Assembly (NCBI GenBank): GCA_040954595.2
Contig: CM082598.2
Location: forward strand, 1,550,001 to 1,614,000
From: Balanoglossus misakiensis
Taxonomy: Eukaryota > Animalia > Hemichordata
Direction of reading: 5' to 3'
DNA: 64,000 bases
Shown here piece by piece: positions 13,291-24,814 of this stretch. Each line of letters opens with the position of its first letter. Positions within the stretch are counted from its first letter, which is position 1. The notes below the pieces were generated by a model that was not told the DNA's origin, made no database searches, and saw only the letters and a program-made list of their open reading frames with translations. Made by a program: the position numbers and the translations under genes.

Positions 13291-15115
13291 ATGTCTACTG
13301 TCAAGGTAAGACAGGGCGTGGTCTAAGGGGTTTTGACGATTTGCATGCAAACACTGCGATGTTTGAGACGCGCTTGATACCATTACCGTGACAACAATAC
13401 GAGTATATTGAAAAGCTACAAACTACGTAAACAGACAAACAAACAAACAATATGTTTACTCGCTTCGGTTGACCGCTTTGGGAATTCAATTTACCCTGAC
13501 CTCGTGAACTATGCACAAACTCCATTTCAGACTTTCACAGCAGTAAATGAAACGGGTCTTTCGAATTCTGCGACCAGTATTCTTTTAATTACACTAAATA
13601 AACGGGAATATAAGAAAGTGGGCTTATTTAGAACCTGGGCATGCGCACTTGGCAGCTTCATTTTCCGCTGTGAGATATCAGTTACAGAAAGTGCAAACAT
13701 TGGTGTGGCAGACGACACTTTGTGGTCGGATACAAGGCCGCTGGGTTCAATTATTGGTGTATTTCAAAAGGATAGGTGTGGCTATGAAGAGTTATATTGT
13801 AACTGACCCAGATACGGATGACAGTTCATTCGACAAGACCGCTCATGAGACACTATCGTTTTCTTCGTGGTACACAATACGCTGAGTCTCCTGAAATTGA
13901 GTGACTGTGGTTGATCTTTAAGGTTTGTACCCACGAAAGGACAATTTATGATTGTACCGTAATTCCGTGAACCCTTCGACCACTTTTTACTTAACTATAT
14001 CTTCAGGAATCTGTCTTACACAAGGCAGACATTCAGTATGTCAGATCAAAACTATCAGTTGTATTAACATTTGTGTATTGTATAACACCTTCCACAATTT
14101 CATTGTTTTCTTTGGCTTGGTCTCCAGGAAAACGTTTTCCCATAATCAACTACAGAAATGGTGGGAAGGGTTTCACTGAATGGAACACTTTTACTGGGTA
14201 CGTAGAATTTCCTAATTATCGATATCATATGAACAATGGAACAGTTTAGACTTCTTGCACATGCCAAATGCACACAACCTTACGAATCTGCACTCTGTTT
14301 AAATTTACAGAAAATGCACAAAAATTGCCCATTTTCTGTGATTATTTCAGGTGTTTTCCTTGCTATCAGTCCTGCAATTGCAATTAGATGTTACCAGTGC
14401 AGTGATGATGGAAGCCAATGTCGAACAAATATCGAAAATGCACAAACAGTCGAATGTAGCAATGCTCTTGAAACAAGTGTCTGCGAGGTGAGCTTAGCAA
14501 TCATACATCTCTGTAGACATTTTTCTTCTCATTGAGAGATCTCGCGAGACTTGTTGTTTTACCGTTGCTAGCCAAGTATTTAGTTTGGCAGGCAATCCGT
14601 ACTAAAATATGACAGGCCATTTTCAAAGCATTATACATAATTAAATTTTCATCATTTTTAATAGACAAGACATAGTGTGCACAAATATACCAAGCTAAAA
14701 CTTTATTTTCCTTGACAGACTAGTGCCTCCATTGACTCCTATCGGAATATTCATGTATTTTCTCGGAGATGTTCAACTCCAGCAAGATGTCGACTATTAA
14801 CGCATTGTGGCAATGCAACAGGTATAAATAAACAGTAAATTGGTTGTTTTCAGTAGACCGCCAAAATACTTTCGGTTATTGTTATATATCGGGATAATCA
14901 TACACAAACAGACGTTGATGTGAACATTTTAGACTTTTTAAAATCAAAACCCACTCCTTACAATTACAGGTGTTACAACATGCGGAGTTTGCTGCGACAG
15001 TGATAACTGCAATACACACCAACTGAGCGAAATTGCTGCAGCAGAGATGAAAACACACGATGTTGTTGTGATCGTCCTTGGCCTGGCTTTCTGCGTTTAC
15101 CTCACGCGTGGCTAG
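13291..15115 (+). CDS. Ly6/uPAR (three-finger) protein with probable GPI/TM tail, ~146 aa
   Basis: Exons 13291-13305 (tentative; ATG 14314 is an alternative start), 14311-14487, 14719-14821 and 14970-15115. Signal peptide, then IRCYQC, ending in CCDSDNCN and a hydrophobic tail VVVIVLGLAFCVYL. Confidence 0.8.
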
Positions 15116-16046
15116 GCGATTGGATCGCACAGACTATTAATTTGCATCATTTTAAAATACACCTGGAATACTTATTACAACAGAACAGACGGACACTATA
15201 GACCGGTTTATATTCATGTACGTAAGCTCAATATATACACCAAAATAACTTTTATAAATACAGTCCACCGGAATCAAATGATATGTACATATTACGTTTT
15301 TACTTTTTATGCAGATAAATACCTGTCACATCAATTTATTTTGTAAATGCACTGAATATATTTTTTATATTTGAAAGTCATCAATTCTTACAGATTGTAC
15401 AGTGTGTTCAAAGTAAATAATTTATTATGGCGAATAAATCTAGATTATCTGGTATTGGTTAGCATCGTGAGTTATGAATGCTTATAACTGGTTATTGCAA
15501 ACCTGCACTTTTCTGAGACCGATGAATTCGGGAAAGACTTCAAAGCTAGAGATCCCTACAGTAACCTATAAAAATCAAATAAATTTCTAAATGCTGCTTA
15601 TAGTTCAGAAAATATTTCTCGCCAAAAATCGGCTTTAGCAGAATAAGGTCTCACATGTCAAAGTAACAGAAAAATCTGCACAGCCCAAAACAACTCAAGG
15701 AGTACTAGTGGAGAAGCGTGGAGTGGCCAGGTGACGTTCGATGACCTTTGTGCACGGCAGAACAAAGGCTAAGAACTACACACTGACACAAAGGTCACCA
15801 ATGTGGACCAAGAAAACACCGAAATAACACAATGACCGTAAGAGACCACCGATCTACCAGTCAGAGATTACAGAGTAGGTGTTCCCACAGGCGTGGAAGA
15901 GGTTTAGACGAGAAAATAAGAAAGCAAGATGTAAAATTCGAGTTCAAATCGGCAGAGACACGGAGAGCGATGCTCCCACTACAACGTTCACGTCTCAACT
16001 GACGTCTAGCCGTAGTACCAGCCGCCTTATATGGTCACTGATAGCT

Positions 16047-18160
16047 ACGGGGTATACTAAACTGAGATTCAGGAAAAAGTCGTATTTTCTGGACACAGCG
16101 GCTGCAGTTAGATGAAGCGAGGGCGTTGACATATACACGGGGTGTCTTAACCTGGGATTCAGGAAAAAGTCGTATTTTCTGGACACAGCGAAGAGGTCGG
16201 TGACCTGGCAATTCCGAATCAGTATATAAAGGAAACTGTGTGCATGGAGTGACCGTGAACACTTTGAGCGCTCGGGAATTTTCACCAAAGCCTAATAGTT
16301 ATTATTATTATTATTATTTATTTATTTATTTCGAGGGCATGCTCATAAAAAATACAACAAAATAAAAATAGTTAAAAGCACACAAAACAACAATGAAAAA
16401 GAATATACAGACACAGTCACAAATGATTAACAGTGTCACGGAAAAGAATATTAACAAGTTTAAAAACAATCAGCAAATGTTTAATAATAGAATAATAACG
16501 ACACCATTTTGACGTACTCGTCGAATTTGAGTTGAATAAACAATAAATAAGATTGGTTTCATCATGCCTCACATGTCAAAATAACAGACAAATCTGCACG
16601 CCCCAAAACAACTGAAGAGTAGTAGCGTGGAGAGGCCAGGTGCCGTTGACCGGCAACAACCCTTAGTTCGATGACCTTTGTGCACGGCAGAACAAAGGCT
16701 AAGAACTACACACTGACACAAAGGTCACCAATGTGGACCAAAAAAACACCGAAATAACACAATGACCGTAAGTGACCACCGATCTACCAGTCAGAGATTA
16801 CAGAGAAAGTGTTCCCGCAAGCGTGGAAGAGGTTTAGACGAGAAAATAAGAAAGCCAGATGTAAAATTCGAGTTCAAATCAGCAGAGACATGGAGAGCGA
16901 TGCTCCCACTACAACGTACACGTCTCCGCTGACGTCTAGCCGAGGGAATGCCGGGAGTTTTTAACACGTCTCACGTAGTACCAGCCGCCTTATATGGTCA
17001 CTGATAGCTACGGGGTATCCTAAACTGAGATTCAGGAAAAAGTCGTATTTTCTGGACACAGCGGCTGCAGTTAGATGAAGAGAGGGCGTTGACATCTACA
17101 CGGGGTGTCTTAACCTGGGATTCAGGAAAAAGTCGTATTTTCTGGACACAGCGGCTGCAGTTAGATGAAGAGAGGGCGTTGACATCTATACGGGGTATCT
17201 TAAGCTGGGATTCAGGAAAAAGTCGTATTTTCTGGACACAGCGGAGAGGTCGGTGACCTGGCCATTCCGAATCAGTATATAAAGGAAACTGTGGAGTGAC
17301 CGTGAACACCTTGAGCGCTCGGGAATTTTCACCAAAGCCTAATAGTTATTATTATTATTATTATTTATTTATTTATTTCGAGGGCATGCTCATAAAAAAT
17401 ACAACAAAATAAAAATAGTCAAAAGCACACAAAACAACAATGAAAAAGAATATACAGAGTTTAAAAACATCAGCAAAATGTTTAATAATAGAATAATAAC
17501 GACACCATTTTGACGTACTCGTCGATTTTGAGTTGAATAAACAAAAAATAAGATTGGTTTCATCATGCCTCACATGTCAAAATAACAGACAAATCTGCAC
17601 ACCCCAAAACAACTGAAGAGTAGCAGCGTGGAGAGGCCAGGGGCCGTTGGCCGGCAACAACCCTTAGTTCGATGACCTTTGTGCACGGCAGAACAAAGGC
17701 TAAGACCTACGCACTGACACGTACACACAGGTCACCAATGTGGACCAAGAAAACACCGAAATAACACAATGACCGTAAGAGACCACCGATCTACTGGTCA
17801 GAGATTACAGAGAAAGTGTTCCCGCAAGCGTGGAAGAGGTTTAGACAAGAAAATAAGAAAGCAAGATGTAAAATTCGAGTTCAAATAGGCAGAGACACGG
17901 AGAGCGATGCTCCCACTACAACGTCCGTGTCTCAACTGTCGTCTAGCCGAGGGAATGCCGGGAGTTTTTTACCTGTCTCACGTAGTACCAGCCGCCTTAT
18001 ATGGTCACTGATAGCTACGGGGTGTCTTAAACTGAGATCCAGGAAAAAGTCGTATTTTCTGGACACAGAGAGGCTGCAGTTGTATGAAGAGAGGGCGTTG
18101 ACATCTACACGGGGTGTCTTAACCTGGGATTCAGGAAAAAGTCGTATTTTCTGGACACAG
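16047..18160. repeat. 90-bp internal tandem repeat (core present 2, 3 and 2 times in the three units)
   Basis: GATTCAGGAAAAAGTCGTATTTTCTGGACACAG recurs at 16066/16156, 17029/17119/17209 and ~18036/18128. Confidence 0.9.
16299..16492 (-). mobile_element. Probable 5'-truncated non-LTR retroelement tail (second copy ~17347-17493)
   Basis: Present in units 1-2 and absent from unit 3. The minus strand ends ...GAGCATGCCCTCG(AAAT)n(AAT)n, a microsatellite-tailed 3' end typical of LINE/SINE families. Confidence 0.45.
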
Positions 18161-19655
18161 TGGAGAGGTCGGTGACCTGGCCATTCTGAATCAGTATATA
18201 AAGGAAACTGTGTGCATGGAGTGACCGTGAACACTTTGTGCGCTCGGGAAGTTTCACCAAAGCCCAATAGCACTTAGCTGTTAATAACGACACCATTTTG
18301 ACGAACTCGTCGATTTTTTGTCGATTAAACGAAACAATAACATTAGTTTCATCATGCGACACAGATAAACAAAAAGTACGCTCGTTTACGCGTATCCAGA
18401 TTAGCACCTTTGAACTTTCAGGAAATAATCTTCCAATTCTCTCTCCCTGAAGAAGCAATGTCTTAGTAAAATATTGACATACGTGATAGGATTTAAGTAA
18501 ACGTGAAGAGCGTTCCGTACACTTAGCTTAATGCAACACCATCGATTTTTTCTGACTGATATCAGCGCAGTTTCCGTTTTAAGTCCCAAGCGACATTTGA
18601 GAACCTGTGTTTGCCAAACTCACACGACACATTTCTGCACCATCAGAATACAAATCAGCATAAGAATTGTATCATATGAAACTGTGTGATTTCATCTCTC
18701 TCTCTCTCCCCCCCTCTCTCACCCTCTCTCTGCATGACAGGTGGTTAGTGGTTATACAGCACATGTACACAATGTTTTCGAATCACTCGACACCTTCATG
18801 AAAGGTTTCTCAACAGCCTGGTGTAGTTGACGTACTTAATGATAGTTGTGATGTGACACAGATGGTTGAGTGCCTGTTAATCTCTGTACACGACACTTGA
18901 CTAATAATTCCAAGGTTCAAATGATGTGTTAATAAACGTTCACCAGTACAAACACATTTCCAACGCCCACCGTCTTTCATCCCACGGTTTCCGATAAAAA
19001 ATAATATGTTTGACAGGATTATCCATATGAATCGCGGATACCCTAATATTTCCCTACGTCTTTATTGACTTGATTTTATGCGACCAAAGTAATTGGTGTA
19101 CGAAGAAGTATAATTGCGAAATAATCCACCTTGTTGAGACAGCACGGACAAAAAGTTGTTTGTGTGTCAAAGAGACCGTGTCACTATGCAATACCGCGTG
19201 TAATCCTTCCAACTATAATGTCATTTGTCCAAACTGTGGAGAGAGAGAGAGAGAGAGAGAGACTACTGCAGTCAACTATCTGCCCTGTACAATAACAAAG
19301 AACAGCACCACAGCTCAAAGAAAAACTTGTCAACATGGAATCGTGATGGTTAATTTCAGTTTATTAACCTGATGACTTACTTTGACTGAGTGGTTTGGGA
19401 AATTCTCATTGCATGTCCAATAAAACCCATATCGTTATTACCGCAATTAAACGCGGATATACCAGGTTAAAGTACACGGCGGTGAGCCAGGCTGTAAAAC
19501 TCTCAATCACCGCAGACTTACATGAAAACATCTTGATCTTTTTTTAAGTGCCTACCTTAATATTGGGGGGGGGGGATACGTATGGCTTTGGCTATACCTT
19601 ACTGGGTAATTCTGTCAAAATGTGTTGGGAGATTGCCCATATGGCCATGGACCCA

Positions 19656-19656
<1 letters not shown>

Positions 19657-19707
<51 letters not shown>

Positions 19708-19736
19708 GCCTGTCTGTCTGTCTGTCTGTCTGTCTG
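19657..19736. repeat. (TCTG)n microsatellite
   Basis: Direct reading; (GA)n also at 19239-19262. Confidence 0.95.
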
Positions 19737-21123
19737 AACGTATGTCTATCGAACCAAAAAGATGCTTTTTAATTATTCGTCTCAGAAACACACTGCAAAC
19801 ACTGCGTCTGACTACAAGATGCAGTTTAAATAAAACAAAAAGTCAAAGTTAATGTATTTCCTTCTCCAAAGGTTGTGAGTATATAGTCACCTTCATGAAT
19901 GTTATGGAAGCAAATGTCAAAGGTTGTGGATAATAATTAAGATATGCACACAACAAACAAAACTGATTTAGTTTGACGAAAAAACTTCTTCCCTTCGTAA
20001 CCGGAAGTGCGAAAATGACATGTTGACAAGACGCGTGTGTTCCAAGTCTGTACACTAAGGTACAATGAAAGCTTTTTTGTTCATATTGACTTTAGTTCTG
20101 TAAAGTTTATAACTATAAATATATCGCCGCTTTTATTCTCTTAAGTGCTAGCGACTTTATATGAGAGAGAGAAATGAATACGTATGCGATGTGTCAATAA
20201 TCTGGCCTTTCAAACAGTACAGATGGGTTAAATGAAGAGAGACTTTGCATAACAGAACAGTAGCAACTGCCACCCGAGCTGATCAACAATGTACGAAAGA
20301 AAAGACAGTTTTTTTAGGTCACTGCAATCAATGTTTTACTGTAAGCCACATTAATACAAATCACATTATGTGTTTATCACAACCGTCATCTTTCGCTGAT
20401 TTTGATAGTTTTAGTTTCTAACAGAAAGGGTTTGCAGATAATATAAGGTGGAAACATATTATAAGAATGTTTTTATCGTGGCGTTGCAGAGTTGCTTAGT
20501 AGAAGTGCCATTCCTTCTGGCGTAATTGATATCAAAACATTCGTCATTTTGTATGAGAGCGCTTCCTAATTAGGTTTAAGATTCCACCATTGCTAGCAGT
20601 GCAGACTTGAAAGTAATCAAGGCAGGACACCGTTGCCAGGATAATGGATATCATCAATGTGTAATTGTCAACGTATTTTAAAGTGGTTAAACTGGCCGAC
20701 GTCAAGGAGTTGGGAAGTACACTTAAGTACATTCAAACGATGTTAAAACAAAATTACATAGAAATCATAACTAACCCTGATTAAAGAACTGAATTTGTCT
20801 ATACATGCAGTAAGTTATAACTTACAATTCATTGATATTTATGTCCTTTTTACATTTGGAAAAACAAACAAACAGCAGTACCGTCTTTTTGCTTTTAACA
20901 TCCACTCATTTAAAATATACATGCTCCATACTTGATGAAGAAGAACCTGCAGGTAGACGACATTATCCGGGTACTCCCAATTGCCAAAATATTGATCTAA
21001 GAAGCTGGCAGTGTGACGTCATCGACGTATTAACCTATGTCATTAAAGTCGCCCACTAAAATAGTCATAAATCTCATCCGAAGACACCTCGGTACGTTTA
21101 TGACGTATTGGAACTTCAAGTAC

Positions 21124-21131
21124 TATATAAA
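21124..21131 (+). promoter_or_regulatory. TATA box of the EF-hand gene
   Basis: TATATAAA ~110 bp upstream of ATG 21238; a second TATATAA lies at ~21151. Confidence 0.45.
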
Positions 21132-21237
21132 TATAACATTTGCATACTGCTATATAAGTAAAAAAATACAGGAAACAGCATTAGTGGTGCCTGCCTGGTT
21201 TATTCTACGCTGAACTGAAGTTTTATCTGATACAGAC

Positions 21238-24096
21238 ATGAACAGAACAGTGCTCTCAGTTTTCTTAGTTCAATCTCTAACTTTGATTTTTGTGACGCAA
21301 TGTGACGCAGCCAGTGTTGACAGAATATTGAACTGGAAACGGGGGACCACTAACAAGGAGTCAGCCGATGTATACAGTTTTGAAGACAAAGAACATGGTA
21401 AGATCAATTATATTACTTTTCTAATGTCACATCTTCAATAATAACCGTGTCTTTAATGTATGAAAGAATTGTATTTAAGTAAGCCCAAACAAAGGTGTGA
21501 AAATCTATAATGAACACATTAAGTGCTTTGAAGAGCAAGACCGTCATAACTTGCGTGGAATAAGACATGTTTTAATGACAACTGGTGTCACTTTACTTAA
21601 CTTCAGTATCCATGACAACTGTAAAACATGGTCAATCTTTGCAGTAGTCAAAAATACATACAATGGCAGTTTTCACCATGTGCACATTGCCACTAAACAA
21701 ATTTTGTTTCCAGTTTATATTCTTCCCTATGTTTGCATCAAATTTATCTCACAGCCTTACATAATACTGAAAAAAACTTAATTTTTCATATGTATACGCA
21801 AAATAGGACTAATAGGTTATAAGTTATGTCAATTTGACTCTTCGTTTACATTTCAAAAATATGAAACCGTTCTTCTCTTGAATTATCTCTAATGTGTAGG
21901 TAAGCTAGAGAAACTCAGAGAAAACCCCGCTGAAATGGAATACTTAGAACTCATTGGTAAGTTTTCAGTCAAATTAACATTACCCTAACCAGAGAAGCCC
22001 AAATGTATCGCACGAATACCACAAATGGGTAGATATAGACCGCTTTACCGCTTCCGGTGTGTTATCAAAAACGTCCGCGCTAAAATAACTCTTGCGCTTG
22101 TGGAACGTCACAGCCAGCGGTCCATTCGTGATGACTCAATTATGTCAACACTATATTACAATGTTTGCTGAACTGTACCTTTTGGCAGATCATGACTAAA
22201 CTACATTCAACACAACGACAGTGTGTACTTTCTAGTAAATAAGCTAGATGCCAAGGATATAGCCGTCAACATTGTGAGTCCTGGTGAGAATAACAGAAAA
22301 CACGATATAAAAGTATCCTACAACTGGGAAATTACATTCCACTTATGAGTCTGGGAAAAATAACTTAAACTTCGGTTGGAGAAAATTACGCGTAATCAAA
22401 ATAATCAGGGAGAGGCAAATTACAGTGAATTCTGGGTTTGAATATATGAATAATTATGCAAATAGCAAGTCCAGTCATTACAGTGTATAGTGAGATCATT
22501 AATTTGTGGAGAATCCATGACGGTCACTACCGGCATTGTAAGAACAGAACATGGCAAGATAACTATATATCAATCTGTACACGGGTTTATTTGTCTAGTT
22601 TCCAACTCTATAATTAACCGCACTTATTGAACTGAATTGTACGCACTCACTTTAAGTAAATTGTGTAAATTTGTTTTCGGAAATGTGTATTTGGACAGCT
22701 CTATGCAACCATACGTTTTTACGTTGGACGAAGTAGGATGTATTTTAAACGATATTGCATTTCGACATAAAAGGTGGAACAAAGACTTGGCATACATGGA
22801 AATTTAGTAAGAAAACAAAATCCGATGTAACATTTCTATAATATATTGTTCATTTAAGGCAAGAAATCTGAAATTGGATTGAACAGTGGCTTGTATCTTT
22901 ATAGAATTACACCCACCAACTTGTTTTATTGTTTTTCAAGATTTTTTTAGTTGGCTGGATTTAAATAAAGATGGTTTCTTGACGCAATCAGAAGTCACGC
23001 TTGTTGAAAAGTTCACCGAACCAAGGGTGGACTGGGAAAGACTGAAACCTTATGAAAGAAGTGGTAAGTCCTATGAAACAAGACTTATGAACGAAGTGTA
23101 AAACTCCATGGAGTTAACACAGAAATTGGCGGCCATTTTGAATTTTAAAACGACAACATTTTTGCCGTCTCATTCTAAAATTTGAAGTCACTGTTCATAG
23201 TAGCCAGTCCAGCGATGTATGGTAAACATTTTAGTCAACCTTGAAACCAAATATCATGAAAATCTGGTCTTAACTCTTCACATGGTCTGTTCACCGTTTT
23301 AAATCTCAACACTATCCATACTTATACAGGGAGATATTGTGCGTTGCTGATAATATCCCCATTGCTTTTCAGGTGATGGCAAATTGGATCTCGACGAGTT
23401 CTTGAAGGCATTTCTACGTGAGGGTAAACCCCAGGTTCCATCACTTGAGGAGATCTTAGAAGTCTTTGGCATGTTTGACGCAGACAAAGATGGTCTGATA
23501 AGGTATAGTTACTTGAGTTTCCCAGTTTCTGCAGAGCACAAGACTGACAATCCTGTTGCCACAAGTGAACGGACTATATTGCATAGATAGTCCCTTCTGC
23601 ATTGATATTCGTCCTCTAGTACCTTCCTGCACAGCCTAGAACTTAGTACAGATCAATAACTTTTCGAATTATTTTGAAGCATTACCGTGGTAACTGACAC
23701 TGACATTATAAACTCTGACGACACACCTGCTGTGATTATTCAGATAATATTGCTATCGACTGTTTTCTGTTTTGACAATGTTTACAGGCCTGACGAAATT
23801 AAAGAAACTATGGAGGTCATCCTTGGGAAAAAGTTGACAGCTGAGCATGTCCGCGATATTCTTCGTGAAGTTGATACCAATAAGAGTGGCTCTATTGACC
23901 TGAATGGTAAATGCTTCTTAAATATACTTCCAACTATAGCACTTTCATATAGCATTATAGTCAATGATATTAGAAATCAGACAGTTCTTAATTACAATTT
24001 TCTTCAACAATATTTCACTTCCAACAGAAAATTGACAATGAGTTTCTTTTTTTCTCTCTCACAGAATTTGCGATGTCCATAAGTATTGTCGAATGA
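21238..24096 (+). CDS. Secreted calmodulin-like protein with four EF-hands, ~206 aa
   Basis: Exons 21238-21397, 21900-21956, 22941-23063, 23373-23502, 23788-23906 and 24065-24096, frame-consistent. Signal peptide MNRTVLSVFLVQSLTLIFVTQCDA. EF loops DLNKDGFLTQSE, ERSGDGKLDLDE, DADKDGLIRPDE and DTNKSGSIDLNE. Confidence 0.8.
22035..22125. mobile_element. Possible ~90-bp MITE in intron 2 of the EF-hand gene
   Basis: Terminal inverted repeats ATAGACCGCT ... AGCGGTCCAT (9/10 match). Confidence 0.3.
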
Positions 24097-24289
24097 AGAA
24101 ACTACGACGGAAGTTCCATCACGATTCTCAATTCGAATAGAAAGAAAAGCTCTTTTGCAGTTGTATATTTTAAGACATTTTGTTTATATCTTTGGTTTCA
24201 TGCAGGATGTGTTAGATTAACCCTGTTTATTTTTTGTACATACAAATTCAAAAACCTGCCAATGACTATAAATATACACAGTCTAGACA

Positions 24290-24625
24290 TCATCTGTGAG
24301 TCTGGCTTCATTAAGGCATGTCAATGACTTTCTGTATTAAACTTGTTTGTTTGCCTAATCAAATTCACAAGCAAAAATGTTCAATCAATTTACTTAACGA
24401 ACAAAACAACTGTTGCATTGCTAATTTTAGTTGTTTTGATACCATCTGTGGGCCTGCAGGCTTCATTAAGACATGTCACTTGTCTCTCTCAATTTTCATA
24501 CGAACTAAACGACTGTTGCATTGCTAATTTTTAATTGTTCTGATACCATCTGTGGGCCTGCAGGCTTCATTAAGACATGTCACTTATCCCTCTCAATTTT
24601 CATAACGAACAAAACAACTGTTGCA
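24290..24625. repeat. Degenerate ~104-bp tandem repeat between the converging 3' ends of the EF-hand and lectin genes
   Basis: CATCTGTG...GGCTTCATTAAG-CATGTCA recurs at ~24291, 24443 and 24547; one unit reappears at ~33850-33980. Confidence 0.8.
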
Positions 24626-24814
24626 AGTTGGCGAATATTTCATGACTGTAGTTTTTTATTTCTCTTTAGCGTATAAGCTCAATGAGTATTGGGGAGCCAT
24701 CACTACAGGTTCAGTTTGCCAAAACCCAAAGAAAAACCCTTCACCAACTAGAATTATATTAGCATGCATTTCGTTTCTTTGTGATCGGTCCATTAATGCT
24801 GACATTTTATGGAC

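Larger units (their letters stand above)
15656..18363 (+). mobile_element. Three head-to-tail LTR-like units (15656-16573, 16574-17574, 17575-18363)
   Basis: Each unit starts TGTCAAA and ends ...ACA. Each contains 90-bp internal repeats followed by TATATAAAGG; units 1-2 have AATAAA shortly before the end. The repeat is certain, the LTR identity is inferred. Confidence 0.55.

Noticed and set aside
16047-18160. CRISPR-like repeat/spacer look of the 90-bp units
   Set aside because: The intervening sequences are near-identical rather than unique spacers, there are no cas genes, and the context is eukaryotic.
15879-18458. Repeated short ORFs in the triplicated unit
   Set aside because: Frames and stops differ between units and no domain is recognisable.
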